A stretch of 64,000 nucleotides of DNA from positions 6,368,001-6,432,000 of the forward strand of contig OY761158.1 in NCBI GenBank assembly GCA_963664405.1, in the 5' to 3' direction. The translations under genes and the position numbers were made by a program. The DNA comes from Thermoanaerobaculia bacterium (GTDB lineage: Bacteria; Acidobacteriota; Thermoanaerobaculia; Multivoradales; Multivoraceae). Under the pieces are notes generated by a model that saw nothing but the letters and a program-made list of their open reading frames with translations, ran no database searches and was not told the DNA's origin. Shown piece after piece: positions 50,087 to 60,434 of this stretch (its first letter is position 1; each line of letters starts with the position of its first letter).

Positions 50087-51588
50087 TTCCTCTTCACGGC
50101 TTCCCGATCCACGGAACCGTCCTCGCTCTTGGGTAGCTCTCTTGTGACCTCAAGATATCCCGGGCGCTTGAAATGGGCAATACGCTCGCCGACGAAGCTA
50201 CGCACCTCTTCGAGGCTGAGCAAGGAGCGCTTGGTCTCGATGACCGCCTTTATGCCCTCACCCCACTTCGGGTCCGGCACTCCGAAAACGCAGACTCCGC
50301 GAACGCTCTCCATCTGGAGGACGACACTCTCCACTTCGGCGGGATAGACGTTCTCGCCCCCGGGCTTGATCAGCTCCTTTTCGGGCTTGCGTTTGACATA
50401 GAAAAGATTGCCTTCTTCGTCGAAACGACCCACATCGCCGGTGTGATGCCAACCGCCGCGAAAGGTGTGCTCGGTGACTTCGGGCTGCTGGTCGTAGCCC
50501 AAGAAGATGAGCGGGCCGCGCGCCACGATCTCGCCCGGCTCTCCCGCCGGCACTTCGTTGTCGTCGTCGTCGACGAGCTTGACCTGAGCGAGGCTGCTGG
50601 TCTTGCCCGCGGCGCCCGGGAGATCGGTATAGCGCTGGATGGTGACGAAGCCGGAGGTCTCGGTCTGGCCGAACCCGGTCCAGAACTCGGCTCTCTCGGT
50701 TTCTTCGTGAAGACGTTCCATGGTTGCCGGCGCGTCGAGCCCCGAGACGACACGAAGGCTCGGAAGACGGGTGCCGGCGAGCGCGGCGGCGTCGAGGACA
50801 TTGGCGAGCAGCGGTGGGAAGTCGCTGAGGAAGGTGACCTGGTGCTGGTCGATCAACCGCACCGCGTCCTCAGCGTCGAACTTGGGCATGACGACATTGG
50901 CTCCGCCGGCCTGAAAGACGGCAAGGGCGTTGCCCAGCCCGGCGATGTGGAAGAGGGGAAGGGCGAGGAGGTTGCGATCGGTGGACGACATGGCCATCGC
51001 ACCGATCTGTTGAGCGCTGGAGGCGAGAATGTTGACGTGGGAGAGCATCGCACCACGAGGAATGATGTCGACAGCCGCGGTGGCGATGACCGCAAAAGGG
51101 TCGGAAGATTCGACGATTGCCTGGGGCGTGGTGGTGTCGCTGTACAGGAGCTCGAAGGCGGTCCAGCCTGGCTCAGGGTCTCCGTCGAAGACTGCGCGCA
51201 GAGAGAGGGTTTCGTCGTTCGTGACCTCTTCGGGAACTTTCTCCATCGAGAACTGGTCGGCGACGAAGGCGCTGGGTTTCGCGCGTTCCAGCATGCGCTC
51301 GATCTCTTGGCCGGACCAGCGCCAGTTCAGGGGATACGCGACGAAGCCTTGGCGGGCACAGGCAAGATAGAGCTCGAAAAAGGCGGCGAAATTCTGCGCC
51401 AAGATGCAGATCCGATCTCCTTGGGAGAGCCCGGTCGCGGTCAGTCCGGAGCCCAGGGCATCGACTCGCGTCAGTAACTGAGAGTAGTTGAGGGTGTCGC
51501 CGGTTTCGGTGACCAGGGCAAGGTCAGCCGACTGAGCTTGGGCGTTGCGAGCGAGCAAGTGGTAGAGGGTGAAGCTGCGAGGATTCAT
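50071..51588 (-). CDS. AMP-binding acyl-CoA synthetase family protein
   Basis: LPLFHIAG, GFGQTET, WHHTGDVG and IKPGGENVYPAEVE; atypical P-loop. Confidence 0.9.
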
Positions 51589-51662
51589 CTGCGACGAGTA
51601 TATGACGGGGTTGCGGTCTCGCCTGGGCACTTCGAAGGTCCGAAGACGGTTACAATCCGCGC

Positions 51663-52403
51663 ATGCAGCTACAGACTTCTACCTGGCTAGAGGTCGAGAC
51701 CTATCTCGCGTCCTCGACCGGCCTCCTGATCCCGATCGGCGCCACCGAGCAGCATGGTCCCAACGGCCTTATCGGCACCGACGCCATCTGCCCAGAGACG
51801 GTTGCCAGGAGGGTCGGCGATTCGCTCGGCGCGCTGGTGGGACCGACCCTGAATGTAGGGATGTCTCAACATCACATGGCCTTTGCGGGCTCGATGACTC
51901 TGCGCCCTTCGACTCTCATTTCGGTGGTGCGTGACGTTGTCGAGTCGGTGGCTCGCCATGGCTTTGACTCCGTCTATTTCCTCAACGGGCACGGCGGCAA
52001 TATCGCCACCGTGAATACTGCGTTCGGGGAGATATACGGGAGCGGTTTGCGAACGGGTAGCGGCGCGCCGGTTCGACTTCGACTCCGCAACTGGTGGAGT
52101 GGAAAGCGGGTGAACAAGTTGGGGCCCGAGCTCTTCGCCAACTCCGACGGCGCCCACGCCACCGCTTCCGAGGTGTCGCTGAGCTGGTATGCGCATCCCG
52201 ACGCGGTGAAAAGGGTGGAGATGAGTCCGAAGGTCGCACCCTACGGTCCGATTCGCGACGCCGAGGACTACCGCAAGCGCTTTCCGGATGGGCGCATCGG
52301 ATCGGACCCGAGCTTGGCCACGGTCGAGGCGGGGGAGAAACTCTGTGCTGCCGCGGTGGCCGACGTTGAAGACGACTATCGGCAGTTTCTGAAGGGGGGC
52401 TGA
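51663..52403 (+). CDS. Creatininase family protein
   Basis: P.GATEQHGP...GTD, NGHGGN and HA..SEVS motifs. Confidence 0.92.
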   Translation: MQLQTSTWLEVETYLASSTGLLIPIGATEQHGPNGLIGTDAICPETVARRVGDSLGALVGPTLNVGMSQHHMAFAGSMTLRPSTLISVVRDVVESVARHGFDSVYFLNGHGGNIATVNTAFGEIYGSGLRTGSGAPVRLRLRNWWSGKRVNKLGPELFANSDGAHATASEVSLSWYAHPDAVKRVEMSPKVAPYGPIRDAEDYRKRFPDGRIGSDPSLATVEAGEKLCAAAVADVEDDYRQFLKGG

Positions 52404-52405
52404 GC

Positions 52406-52993
52406 TTGGAAGGTGAGGGCGTAGCCTCGCCCGAGGCGAGCGAGCGAGTATTCAAGTGCAGTCCGGGTGGGGCAGTGGCTTTGGGAAAACGCCGGATCAG
52501 GCGACTGCTCTTGGGCTTGGCGCTCCTCATGGCGGGCCTGGGGGTTTGGATGTTCGTGGTCGGTCGTTGGGGCCCCGGCCTGATCTGCTGCGGAGCCGTG
52601 GCGCTGATCTTGTTGTCTCTGAGTATGAGTGGCGACCTCGACCCGCTGTGGCTGACTGTCAGCCGCGGTCGACTATCGGTGCAGATGCGTCGTAAGAGTC
52701 AGGCTCTCGAGCTTGTTTCGGTGACGTCGCGGCGCCTGGCCGCCGAGGAGCTCCGCCATCTCAGCTCGCTGAGCGCGGCTTCTGGAGTTATCTTCGCGAC
52801 CGCGAGCTTCGAATCCCACCTTCTTGGCGCCTTCGACCTCTTCGCTACCGATCTCGACAACGCGGTGGCAGTGGAGGTGGACGCGCCCCCGGAGCAGGAA
52901 GAGGATCGGATCTGCTGGGTGGTGACGCCGGACGACCCGGCCGGTTTTCTCGAGGCTGTTGAGATTGCCGGCGGCGCGGAAGCGCTCGAATAG
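52406..52993 (+). CDS. Hypothetical membrane protein
   Basis: Two TM segments followed by a soluble domain ending VVTPDDP..FL. Confidence 0.55.
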   Translation: MEGEGVASPEASERVFKCSPGGAVALGKRRIRRLLLGLALLMAGLGVWMFVVGRWGPGLICCGAVALILLSLSMSGDLDPLWLTVSRGRLSVQMRRKSQALELVSVTSRRLAAEELRHLSSLSAASGVIFATASFESHLLGAFDLFATDLDNAVAVEVDAPPEQEEDRICWVVTPDDPAGFLEAVEIAGGAEALE

Positions 52994-53033
52994 CCTTTTC
53001 TGAAGTATTCTTCTTTCTTCTCAATGAGAACCA

Positions 53034-53636
53034 ATGGAGGTAAGTATGCGTAGAGCGTTGATTCTGTTTCTTGCAGTGATGCTTCTTGCAGGGTCCGGTG
53101 CAGTCATGGGGCAGGGCGGAAAGCCTAAGAGCCCGGCCGGAAAGGCGGCTACACAGGTGGGTGAGTCATGGATCGAGATCAGCTACGGCCGCCCCATTCT
53201 TCGCGGTCGCCAGGCTATTTTCGGCGAGGGAGAAAGCTACGGTCAGGCTCTCTTGAAGGGGGCCCCGATATGGCGCGCGGGTGCGAACGTGTCGACACGC
53301 CTCAAGACCGACCTCGATCTCAAGTTCGGTGACACCGTCGTGGCCGCCGGAGAGTACAGCGTGTTCATGGACCTCAAGGCTGGGGGCTGGACCTTCATCG
53401 TCTCCAACCACAACGCCCAGCTCGAGTTCGATAGGGACAACAAGAGCGCGATCTGGGGAGCCTACGGTTACACGCCGGAGAAGGATGTGGTGCGGGTGCC
53501 GATGACCCTGGAGACCACCGAGTTTTCGATCGACCAGCTCACCATCGGCTTTGCTGGCATGACCGATGAAGGCGGAGGTATCTACCTGATCTGGGACAAC
53601 CAGTTGGCGTCAGTGCCCTTCACTATCGAGAACTAG
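53034..53636 (+). CDS. DUF2911 domain secreted protein
   Basis: SP...A...I.I.YGRP..RGR..IFG, WRAGAN..T and GEYS motifs. Confidence 0.85.
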   Translation: MEVSMRRALILFLAVMLLAGSGAVMGQGGKPKSPAGKAATQVGESWIEISYGRPILRGRQAIFGEGESYGQALLKGAPIWRAGANVSTRLKTDLDLKFGDTVVAAGEYSVFMDLKAGGWTFIVSNHNAQLEFDRDNKSAIWGAYGYTPEKDVVRVPMTLETTEFSIDQLTIGFAGMTDEGGGIYLIWDNQLASVPFTIEN

Positions 53637-53638
53637 AA

Positions 53639-54250
53639 CTAGAACCCCGATTTCAGGGCCGTATCGTCGACCACGTCTCCGTCGAGGTGGTGGGTGCAGT
53701 TGAGCAGACGGATTTTCCAGGGGGCGTCTTCTTCGATGATGGTGAGGGAGGTGTTGCCCCAACGCTCGGTCGACTCTGTGCCTGGGCTTCGGGTGAGGTG
53801 ATGAAGCTCGAAAGAGTGGCAGACGAGCCCGTGAGTCACGATTGCCAGATCTCCCTCGATTGCGGCGGCCTCCGCCACTCGCTGCCAGGCACGGGCGGCG
53901 CGCTCGTGGAAGACGTCCCAGCTCTCGCCTCCGGGAGGGGCATAGCCTTCGGCCATGGGGTCGAAGCCCAGCGAGGCGTAAGGCTGACCACGAAGGTCGC
54001 CGAAATTGCGCTCTTGGAGAAGAGGCTCGGGCTCGATCTCGACGCCAAGGCTCTCCTCTAGAGGCTCGGCGGTCATGTGTGCCCGGGTCAGATCGCTCGA
54101 CAGGATGCGCCGGATATTGGAACCACGAAGGCGAAGGGCGAGTCTCGCGGCTTGCGCCATGCCGCTCTCGTTGAGTGGGGTCTCCGGCACCTGGACCACA
54201 CGATCCTTGTTGCCGTCGGTTTCGCCATGCCGAATCAGGTAGATGGCCAT
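53639..54250 (-). CDS. Histidine phosphatase (phosphoglycerate mutase family)
   Basis: LIRHGET, SSDL.RA..TA, ERNFG and VTHG motifs. Confidence 0.92.
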   Translation of the reverse strand: MAIYLIRHGETDGNKDRVVQVPETPLNESGMAQAARLALRLRGSNIRRILSSDLTRAHMTAEPLEESLGVEIEPEPLLQERNFGDLRGQPYASLGFDPMAEGYAPPGGESWDVFHERAARAWQRVAEAAAIEGDLAIVTHGLVCHSFELHHLTRSPGTESTERWGNTSLTIIEEDAPWKIRLLNCTHHLDGDVVDDTALKSGF

Positions 54251-54283
54251 GGCGGCATACTATTCCAAGATCGAGTGAACGAT

Positions 54284-54742
54284 ATGGGTGATGCCGGACA
54301 GCAGAGCCCCTGGTATGCCGAGGGTCTCGAGTTCAGCTGCTCTGGCTGTGGTGACTGCTGCAGGGGCGAGGGATATGTATGGGTAAGTCCTGAGGAGATT
54401 GAGGCACTAGCGGACTTTCTCGGTATCGAGATCGCCGAGATGTCAAAGCGGTATCTGCGCAGCTTCGGTCCGGAGACCAGCTTGACCGAAAAGGCCAACT
54501 ACGACTGCATCTTCTGGGAGGGGCATTGCACGGTCTACGCCGCTCGGCCCGGTCAGTGCCGGACCTTCCCGTTCTGGCCCGACAACATCGCCAGTAAAGG
54601 GGCGTGGAATGAGCTCGAGCGGCAGTGTAGGGGAGCTGGGCAGGGCGAGCACTACGACCTGATCCAGATCCGGAACCTGTCACAGGGCCGCGGCAAGACC
54701 GAGAATGGCCCGCCGGAAGGGGGCTGTTGCGGTTCGGGTTAG
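54284..54742 (+). CDS. YkgJ family cysteine-cluster (Fe-S/Zn) protein
   Basis: F.C.GCGDCC, CIFW..C.VY.ARP.QCRTFPFW. Confidence 0.88.
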   Translation: MGDAGQQSPWYAEGLEFSCSGCGDCCRGEGYVWVSPEEIEALADFLGIEIAEMSKRYLRSFGPETSLTEKANYDCIFWEGHCTVYAARPGQCRTFPFWPDNIASKGAWNELERQCRGAGQGEHYDLIQIRNLSQGRGKTENGPPEGGCCGSG

Positions 54743-54904
54743 ACCAGCGTTTCCAAAGTTCGTGTTGCATAGCTCGAGGTCATTCTGTTCGCTGGCCAGG
54801 CGCGCCGACGCAGGCATATTGGGCAATATGTCGAGGAGGTGCAACGTCGCCAGCGGGCAGAAGGGGCCGAGATATGTGCGCGAACTTTGGAAACGCTGGT
54901 CTAA
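54739..54904. mobile_element. Palindromic MITE/REPIN-like element, terminal type B (copy B2)
   Basis: TTAG-ACCAGCGTTTCCAAAG ... CTTTGGAAACGCTGGT-CTAA; both ends hold stop codons of convergent genes. Confidence 0.88.
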
Positions 54905-55809
54905 ATTGTCTCTGGGGCGCCCTCTTCTTTGGCACGCGCATCATGCCCGGCCTTGGCCTCCATCAGTCGCGGCATGATCTTGTCGATGTCTTCGACATCC
55001 CACAGCCCGTCCTTGGTGAAGGAGCGGATGACCGCCGGCTGCTGCATGATGCCGACCCAGCCTCGCATGATGTCGATGATCTGGCCGCTGACGCCCTGAC
55101 CGTTCTCGGAGGCGAGCCAGGCGACGACGGGAGCGATCTGGGCGGGACTCTGGTCGGGCGCGTCGATGTCGACCGAGGCTCCTCGAGCTCGCCGTAACTC
55201 GATGGTCATCCGAGTCGAAGCCCCGGGAGAGATTGCGTTGACGGTACATCCGTACTTGGCCAGCTCGAGGGCGAGGACTCTGGTGAAGCCCGCGATCCCC
55301 GCTTTGGCGGCCCCATAGTTGGATTGGCCGAAGTTGCCGTAAAGGCCGGAGACCGACGAGAAATTGAGGATGCGGCAGTTCGGTCGGCTGGTTTCGCGAA
55401 TGTAGCGGGCAAAAGGTCTGCTACAGCAATAGTGCCCCTTGAGGTGGACGCCGATTACGGCATCCCAATCATCTTCTTCGAGGTTGAAGATGGTGCGGTC
55501 GCGCAGAATGCCGGCGTTGTTTACCAGAATGTCGAGCTTGCCGAAGCTGTCCAAAGCGGTCTGGAAGATGCGCTTGCCGCCGTCGACCGTTGCGACCGAG
55601 TCGTAGCTCGGCGCTGCCTCTCCGCCGGCAGCGGCGATCTCCGCGACGACTTTGTCTGCGATGGGCGACGCTCCGGTGCCGTCGGTGGCGCCTCCTAGGT
55701 CGTTGACGACAACTTTGGCTCCCTGCCGGGCGAGCTCGAGAGCGATCTCACGCCCGATACCTTGGCCGGAGCCGGTGACGATGCCTACTTTTCCTTCTAG
55801 TACGCCCAT
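54901..55809 (-). CDS. SDR family oxidoreductase
   Basis: TGSGQGIG, NNAGILRD and YGAAK motifs. Confidence 0.93.
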   Translation of the reverse strand: MGVLEGKVGIVTGSGQGIGREIALELARQGAKVVVNDLGGATDGTGASPIADKVVAEIAAAGGEAAPSYDSVATVDGGKRIFQTALDSFGKLDILVNNAGILRDRTIFNLEEDDWDAVIGVHLKGHYCCSRPFARYIRETSRPNCRILNFSSVSGLYGNFGQSNYGAAKAGIAGFTRVLALELAKYGCTVNAISPGASTRMTIELRRARGASVDIDAPDQSPAQIAPVVAWLASENGQGVSGQIIDIMRGWVGIMQQPAVIRSFTKDGLWDVEDIDKIMPRLMEAKAGHDARAKEEGAPETI

Positions 55810-55887
55810 GACTATCTCTCCTAGGAAGTGGAACTACGACTCGGGTCACCCCCGAAGTGGACGTTGGATGTTACCCCGACGGGGGCT

Positions 55888-56131
55888 CTAGACCAGCGTT
55901 TCCAAAGTTTGCGCACATATCTCGGCCCCTTCTGTCCGCTGGCGGCGTTTCGCCTCCTCGACATATTGCCCAATATGCCTGCGTCGGCGCGCCTCGCCCC
56001 GTAGAACGGACCTGCGGCCCGTTCTCCGGCCCATCCCCACCTGAGAACTACTCGCCTGCTTCGCAGGCTCCTAGCCAGCGAACAGAATGACCTCGAGCTA
56101 TTGCACACGAACTTTGGAAACGCTGGTCTAG
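55888..56131. mobile_element. Palindromic element type B (copy B3) carrying a 78-bp internal insertion
   Basis: Same ends as B1; extra 55995-56072; its right end holds the M28 peptidase stop. Confidence 0.88.
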
Positions 56132-57834
56132 TGGCCGACCGCTGCCCGTGACGCGAGTCGGGCGGCCTCGAACTCGCTGCCCGGCTTCCAGGCGGGAAAC
56201 TCCTCACTCTCGGCGATCAGCAGGCCGCAGAGGATGGCAAGTCTCACATCCTCCGCCATACCATCATAGGTCCAGGAAGGGTCGAGCTCGTCGCTGACCT
56301 GGTGGTAGTCGTGTCCAGTGTAGTGCTCGACTTGGCGGATGCCCCAGCCCTCCGGGCGGCCGATGAACTCGGTCCCGGGTTTGAGATAGAGCGCCGGCAC
56401 TCCGATCTTGGCGAAGTTGAACTGATCCGAGCGGTAGAAAGAGCCGCGGTCCGGGAAGATGTCGCCGGTGACTCGCCTGCCCTGTTGACGGGCTACCGCC
56501 TCGATGACGGCGTCGAGCGACGACTTGCCGTAGCCGATGGAGCTGATGTCGGCGGTTCGCCCCAGCACATTGCCGCCGTCGATGTTGATGTTGGCAGCGA
56601 TCCTGCCCGGCGCGAAAGTGGGGTTGAGAGTGTAGTAGCGCGAGCCGAGAAGGCCCTGCTCTTCAGCGCCGAAAAGGGCAAAGACGGTAGAGCGCCTTGG
56701 TTTCTCTGGCAGGGCCGCCACGGCTCTCGCGATCTCCAAGATCATGCTCACACCGCTGGCGTTGTCGAGCGCACCGTTGTAGATAGTGTCGCCCGCGGCG
56801 CTGCCGTCGCGCATGCCGAGATGGTCGTAATGAGCGCTGAAGACGACAGCCTCGTTGGCGAGATCCGGGTCGCGCCCGGTAACGACGCCGATGACGTTTG
56901 CGGTCTGGACCTGCCGAAGGCGGTTGCGGAATGCGATCGAAGTTTCGACGCCGAGAGGGATGGGGCGGAAATCGCGGGTACGAGCCCCCCGGCGAAGCCG
57001 AGCCAAGTCGAAGCCACCGAGTGCCACGATCCTGGAAGCAGCCTCTTCCCCAATCCAGCCTTGCACTAGCAGGTGAGGCTCTCCCGCACTCGGCAAGGAG
57101 AAACGCTCGCCGCCCCAGGAATTCTGAACCACGGGCCAGGGATAGCCGGCGGAGGAGGTAGTGTGGATGATGAGTGCACCGAGGGCACCGTGAGCGATCG
57201 CGCTCTCGTATTTATAGGTCCAGCGGCCGTAGTAGAGACGGGCGTTGCCGGCGAAGAGAGCCGGATCCCAGTCAGGATCGTTGTTCATGATCAGCAGAAA
57301 CTTGCCGCGAAGATCTACGCCCTTGAAGTCGTTCCATCCGTACTCGGGGGCATCGATGCCGTAGCCGACGAAGACGATCTCGGCGGCGTCTGCCGAGACT
57401 CGTTCGCTCTGGACCCCGCTTGCCGCCACGATCTCGACACCGGGTCGCAGGTCGATCGCGGCTCTGGGAGTCCTGAAAGACCAGGTCGGGGGTAGCTCGG
57501 GGGTGAGGCCGATGAGCTCGAAGCTCTGGTCCCAGCTGGCGCCGGATGCGCCTGGCTCCACTCCCAGAGCGGAGAGTTGGCCGGCGATGTAGGAGCGTGC
57601 GCGGAGACTGCCCGCGCTGCCGGGGCCGCGCCCCTCCATGCTGTCGTCGGCGAGATTGCGCAGATGGGCCTCGAGGGCCGCCGGGTCGATCGTCGCGGCT
57701 ACCTCTTCGGCGCCCGAGGGCAGAGGCGAAAGAGGCTCGGCGGTGTCGAGCCGCTCGCTGCTACAGCCTGCGAGGAGGACGAGCACGAAGAAGGCTGCGA
57801 GGGGCGTGCGACGGAAGCGGAGGCAGAGGTTCAT
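56128..57834 (-). CDS. M28 family metallopeptidase lipoprotein with PA domain
   Basis: Lipobox LAGC; SAHYDH, NGALDNASG, AEEQGLLGS, RSDQ and YHQ motifs. Confidence 0.93.
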   Translation of the reverse strand: MNLCLRFRRTPLAAFFVLVLLAGCSSERLDTAEPLSPLPSGAEEVAATIDPAALEAHLRNLADDSMEGRGPGSAGSLRARSYIAGQLSALGVEPGASGASWDQSFELIGLTPELPPTWSFRTPRAAIDLRPGVEIVAASGVQSERVSADAAEIVFVGYGIDAPEYGWNDFKGVDLRGKFLLIMNNDPDWDPALFAGNARLYYGRWTYKYESAIAHGALGALIIHTTSSAGYPWPVVQNSWGGERFSLPSAGEPHLLVQGWIGEEAASRIVALGGFDLARLRRGARTRDFRPIPLGVETSIAFRNRLRQVQTANVIGVVTGRDPDLANEAVVFSAHYDHLGMRDGSAAGDTIYNGALDNASGVSMILEIARAVAALPEKPRRSTVFALFGAEEQGLLGSRYYTLNPTFAPGRIAANINIDGGNVLGRTADISSIGYGKSSLDAVIEAVARQQGRRVTGDIFPDRGSFYRSDQFNFAKIGVPALYLKPGTEFIGRPEGWGIRQVEHYTGHDYHQVSDELDPSWTYDGMAEDVRLAILCGLLIAESEEFPAWKPGSEFEAARLASRAAVGH

Positions 57835-59252
57835 TGCGGGGAGTCGGCAGGGAGGTGCGGTGGCGCGGTCCCGGCGTCCAGCACATCCTTGAGCGTGACT
57901 CCCTCGGTCGCCTCGTTCTGGTCGGCGGCGAGATTTGCGAGATGAGCCGCCGCCGGGCCCTTGGCTGGTGAGGTTGCTGCCAAAGCGAGGATCTCGTCCA
58001 CGGAGATCGAGGCGGCGGGTCTGGCCAGGGTCAAGGCGCTCTGCCCTCCACGGCCTCGATTTCGGTGGATGAACCCCTCCTTCTCCAGACGAAGAAGCTG
58101 GGGTCGCAGAAGACGGGGCGGAGCATCGAGATCACGGGCGAGATCGATCGTGGTCAGCGTCTCGCCTCGCGAGAAGGCAGCTGCGATACAGGCGAGCACT
58201 TGCAGGTGCCACCGGGGGTCGATGGGGAGGGTCGCGTTGTCGTCGAAGATCGCGCCGGCGGTGGCCATGTACTGGAGGCTGAAAGCGATCTCCAGACCGA
58301 AGAGAAGGAGAAGCCAACTGCCGTACAGCCACAGCAGGAAGAAGGGCACCAGGGCGAGAGCGCCGTAGAGGCTGGTGAGAGCGGTGCTGCTGAGGTAGAG
58401 GCCGAAGAGCTCTTGGAACAGCAGCCATGTGAACGCGGTGATGAGTGCACCGATCGCGGCGGATCGCCAGTGCACGTGAGTGTTCGGGACGAGGCGAAAG
58501 ACCACCGCGAGGACAAACCAGGTGACGGCGAGGGGGGCCAGGAACGCGAGGGGGGCCGAAAGCCAGGTTCCGAAGATGCCGCTGCCGATGCCGATGATCT
58601 TGTTCTGGATCACTTGAGCGCCGACAATGGCGAGGGGGCCCAGAGTGATGACGGTGAAGTAGAGGGGGAGACGCGTGCTCAGCGAACGCGTCTCTTCGGC
58701 GTGATAGACCGTGTTGAAACTCGACTCGATCGTGTCCATGAGGGCGGTGGCGCCGTAGACGAAGATCAGGAACCCGACCAGGCCGATGCCGGCGAAGTTG
58801 ACCGAGGAGAGGCGCTCGAAGACCTCATCCAGGCGCTCTCTCAACACTTCCCGCGCTCCGTCGAACTCGGCTGCGCTTCGAGGACTGTCTATTTCGAGGA
58901 CGTCCGCCTCGACGCGGTCGGCCTCGACGCGGTCGGCCTCGACATTCAACAGACTATCGGGCAGGAGCAGGTTCACGACGGTAGTGCGGAGCGCCTGCAT
59001 CTCGTCAGGGCCCTGCATCGACTGGAAGAGCATGAGGCCGAGGACGGCCATGGGAATCAAGCTGAGCAGGGTCTGATAGACCAGAGCCGCCGCCATCTGC
59101 GGTGCGTGGTCGCGACGGAGCTTGCGGAAGCAGGAGATGGAGAGTCGAACCCAGAAGGCCGCGGTCTGGGGCAGCTGAGCGAGCTCCTCGAGCGGATGGG
59201 TCAGAATGGCGGTGAGGTACCCCAGCCCTTTTCTCGGGGCGTTAGATGACAC
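57831..59252 (-). CDS. YihY/BrkB family inner membrane protein with a C-terminal wHTH (Rrf2-like) domain
   Basis: AAALVY.TLLSLIP and LYGALA.VP.FLLWLY..W; C-terminal L..L...G.I...LARPA; GTG start overlapping the upstream stop. Confidence 0.85.
   Translation of the reverse strand: MSSNAPRKGLGYLTAILTHPLEELAQLPQTAAFWVRLSISCFRKLRRDHAPQMAAALVYQTLLSLIPMAVLGLMLFQSMQGPDEMQALRTTVVNLLLPDSLLNVEADRVEADRVEADVLEIDSPRSAAEFDGAREVLRERLDEVFERLSSVNFAGIGLVGFLIFVYGATALMDTIESSFNTVYHAEETRSLSTRLPLYFTVITLGPLAIVGAQVIQNKIIGIGSGIFGTWLSAPLAFLAPLAVTWFVLAVVFRLVPNTHVHWRSAAIGALITAFTWLLFQELFGLYLSSTALTSLYGALALVPFFLLWLYGSWLLLLFGLEIAFSLQYMATAGAIFDDNATLPIDPRWHLQVLACIAAAFSRGETLTTIDLARDLDAPPRLLRPQLLRLEKEGFIHRNRGRGGQSALTLARPAASISVDEILALAATSPAKGPAAAHLANLAADQNEATEGVTLKDVLDAGTAPPHLPADSPQ
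58906..58943. repeat. In-frame 15-bp tandem repeat (VEADR x ~2.7) in YihY
   Basis: GCCTCGACGCGGTCG repeated. Confidence 0.75.
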
Positions 59253-60423
59253 CTTCGTCCTCCAGCTCTGCGACCCTCTCTTCGTCGTAGCCCAGGGAGT
59301 CGAGCACTTCCTTGGTGTGGGCGCCGCGCTCGGCGGTGGCGAAGCGCATGCGCTGGGGGGTTCTCTCGAGGTGGACAGGCTGGCCGACGACGCGGATCGG
59401 ACCGAGCTGCGGATGGTCCAGCGGAGTGGCAATGCCCAGGTGCTCGACCTGGGGATCGGCCATGGTCTGGTCGATGCTGTTGATCGGGCCACAGGGAATT
59501 CCGCGCTGATTGAGCTCCTCGATCCATTCCTGGCTGGTCCGCCGGCGCGTGCCTTCACCGACCTCCTCGATCAGAGCCTCGCGATTCTTGGAGCGGAGCT
59601 TGGGATCTGCATAGGCCGGATTGTCGACGAGGTCGGCCCGGCCGATCGCCTCGGCGAGCTGTCGAAACTGCTTGGCGCTGGAAGCGGCGATGTTGATATG
59701 CCCGTCGGCGGTGGGGAAGACGCCCATCGGGGCCAGGGTGGGGTGGTGGTTGCCGGCTTGCCCTGCCACTTCGCCTTCGATCAGCCATCTGGCGACCTGG
59801 AAATCGAGCATGCCGATCTGGGCTTCGAGGAGAGAGGTGTTGACCCATTGACCTCGCCCCGATCGCGAGCGCTCGTGCAGTGCCACCATGATGCCGAAGG
59901 CCAGGTATAGGCCCGCGGCGAGGTCGGAGATCGCCGTCCCCACCCGCACCGGGCCCTGGCCGGGGAGGCCGGTCACCGACATCAGGCCGCCCATGCCCTG
60001 TGCGATCTGGTCGACTCCTGGGCGGTCGCCGTAGGGCCCGCTCTGACCGAATCCCGAGATGCTGCCGTAGACGATGCGCGGATTGAGCTTCGCCAGGGTC
60101 TCGTAGTCGACTCCGAGGCGATGCTTGACCTCGGCGCGGTAGTTCTCGACCACGACGTCGGCCTGCTCGGCGAGCTTGTAGAAGATCTCCTGCCCCCGCG
60201 GGTCCTTCAGATTGAGGGTGATGCAGCGTTTGTTGCGGTGCAGGTTCTGGAAATCCGAGCCGAGCCGGTTGCCGGCGCTGAAGCCCTCCTTGCCTAAGGG
60301 GGGCTCGACACGGACCACCTCCGCGCCCCAATCGGCGAGCTGGCGAACCGCGGTCGGCCCGGCACGCGCGATGGTGAGGTCGAGCACCTCGATGTCGCGG
60401 AGGGGAAGATCTGGGTCGCTCAT
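59242..60423 (-). CDS. CoA-transferase family III (CaiB/BaiF), second paralog
   Basis: AGP..VRQLADWGAEVVRVE, HRNKR, VENYR and GVDQIAQG motifs. Confidence 0.93.
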   Translation of the reverse strand: MSDPDLPLRDIEVLDLTIARAGPTAVRQLADWGAEVVRVEPPLGKEGFSAGNRLGSDFQNLHRNKRCITLNLKDPRGQEIFYKLAEQADVVVENYRAEVKHRLGVDYETLAKLNPRIVYGSISGFGQSGPYGDRPGVDQIAQGMGGLMSVTGLPGQGPVRVGTAISDLAAGLYLAFGIMVALHERSRSGRGQWVNTSLLEAQIGMLDFQVARWLIEGEVAGQAGNHHPTLAPMGVFPTADGHINIAASSAKQFRQLAEAIGRADLVDNPAYADPKLRSKNREALIEEVGEGTRRRTSQEWIEELNQRGIPCGPINSIDQTMADPQVEHLGIATPLDHPQLGPIRVVGQPVHLERTPQRMRFATAERGAHTKEVLDSLGYDEERVAELEDEGVI

Positions 60424-60434
60424 CGCCGCTTTGA

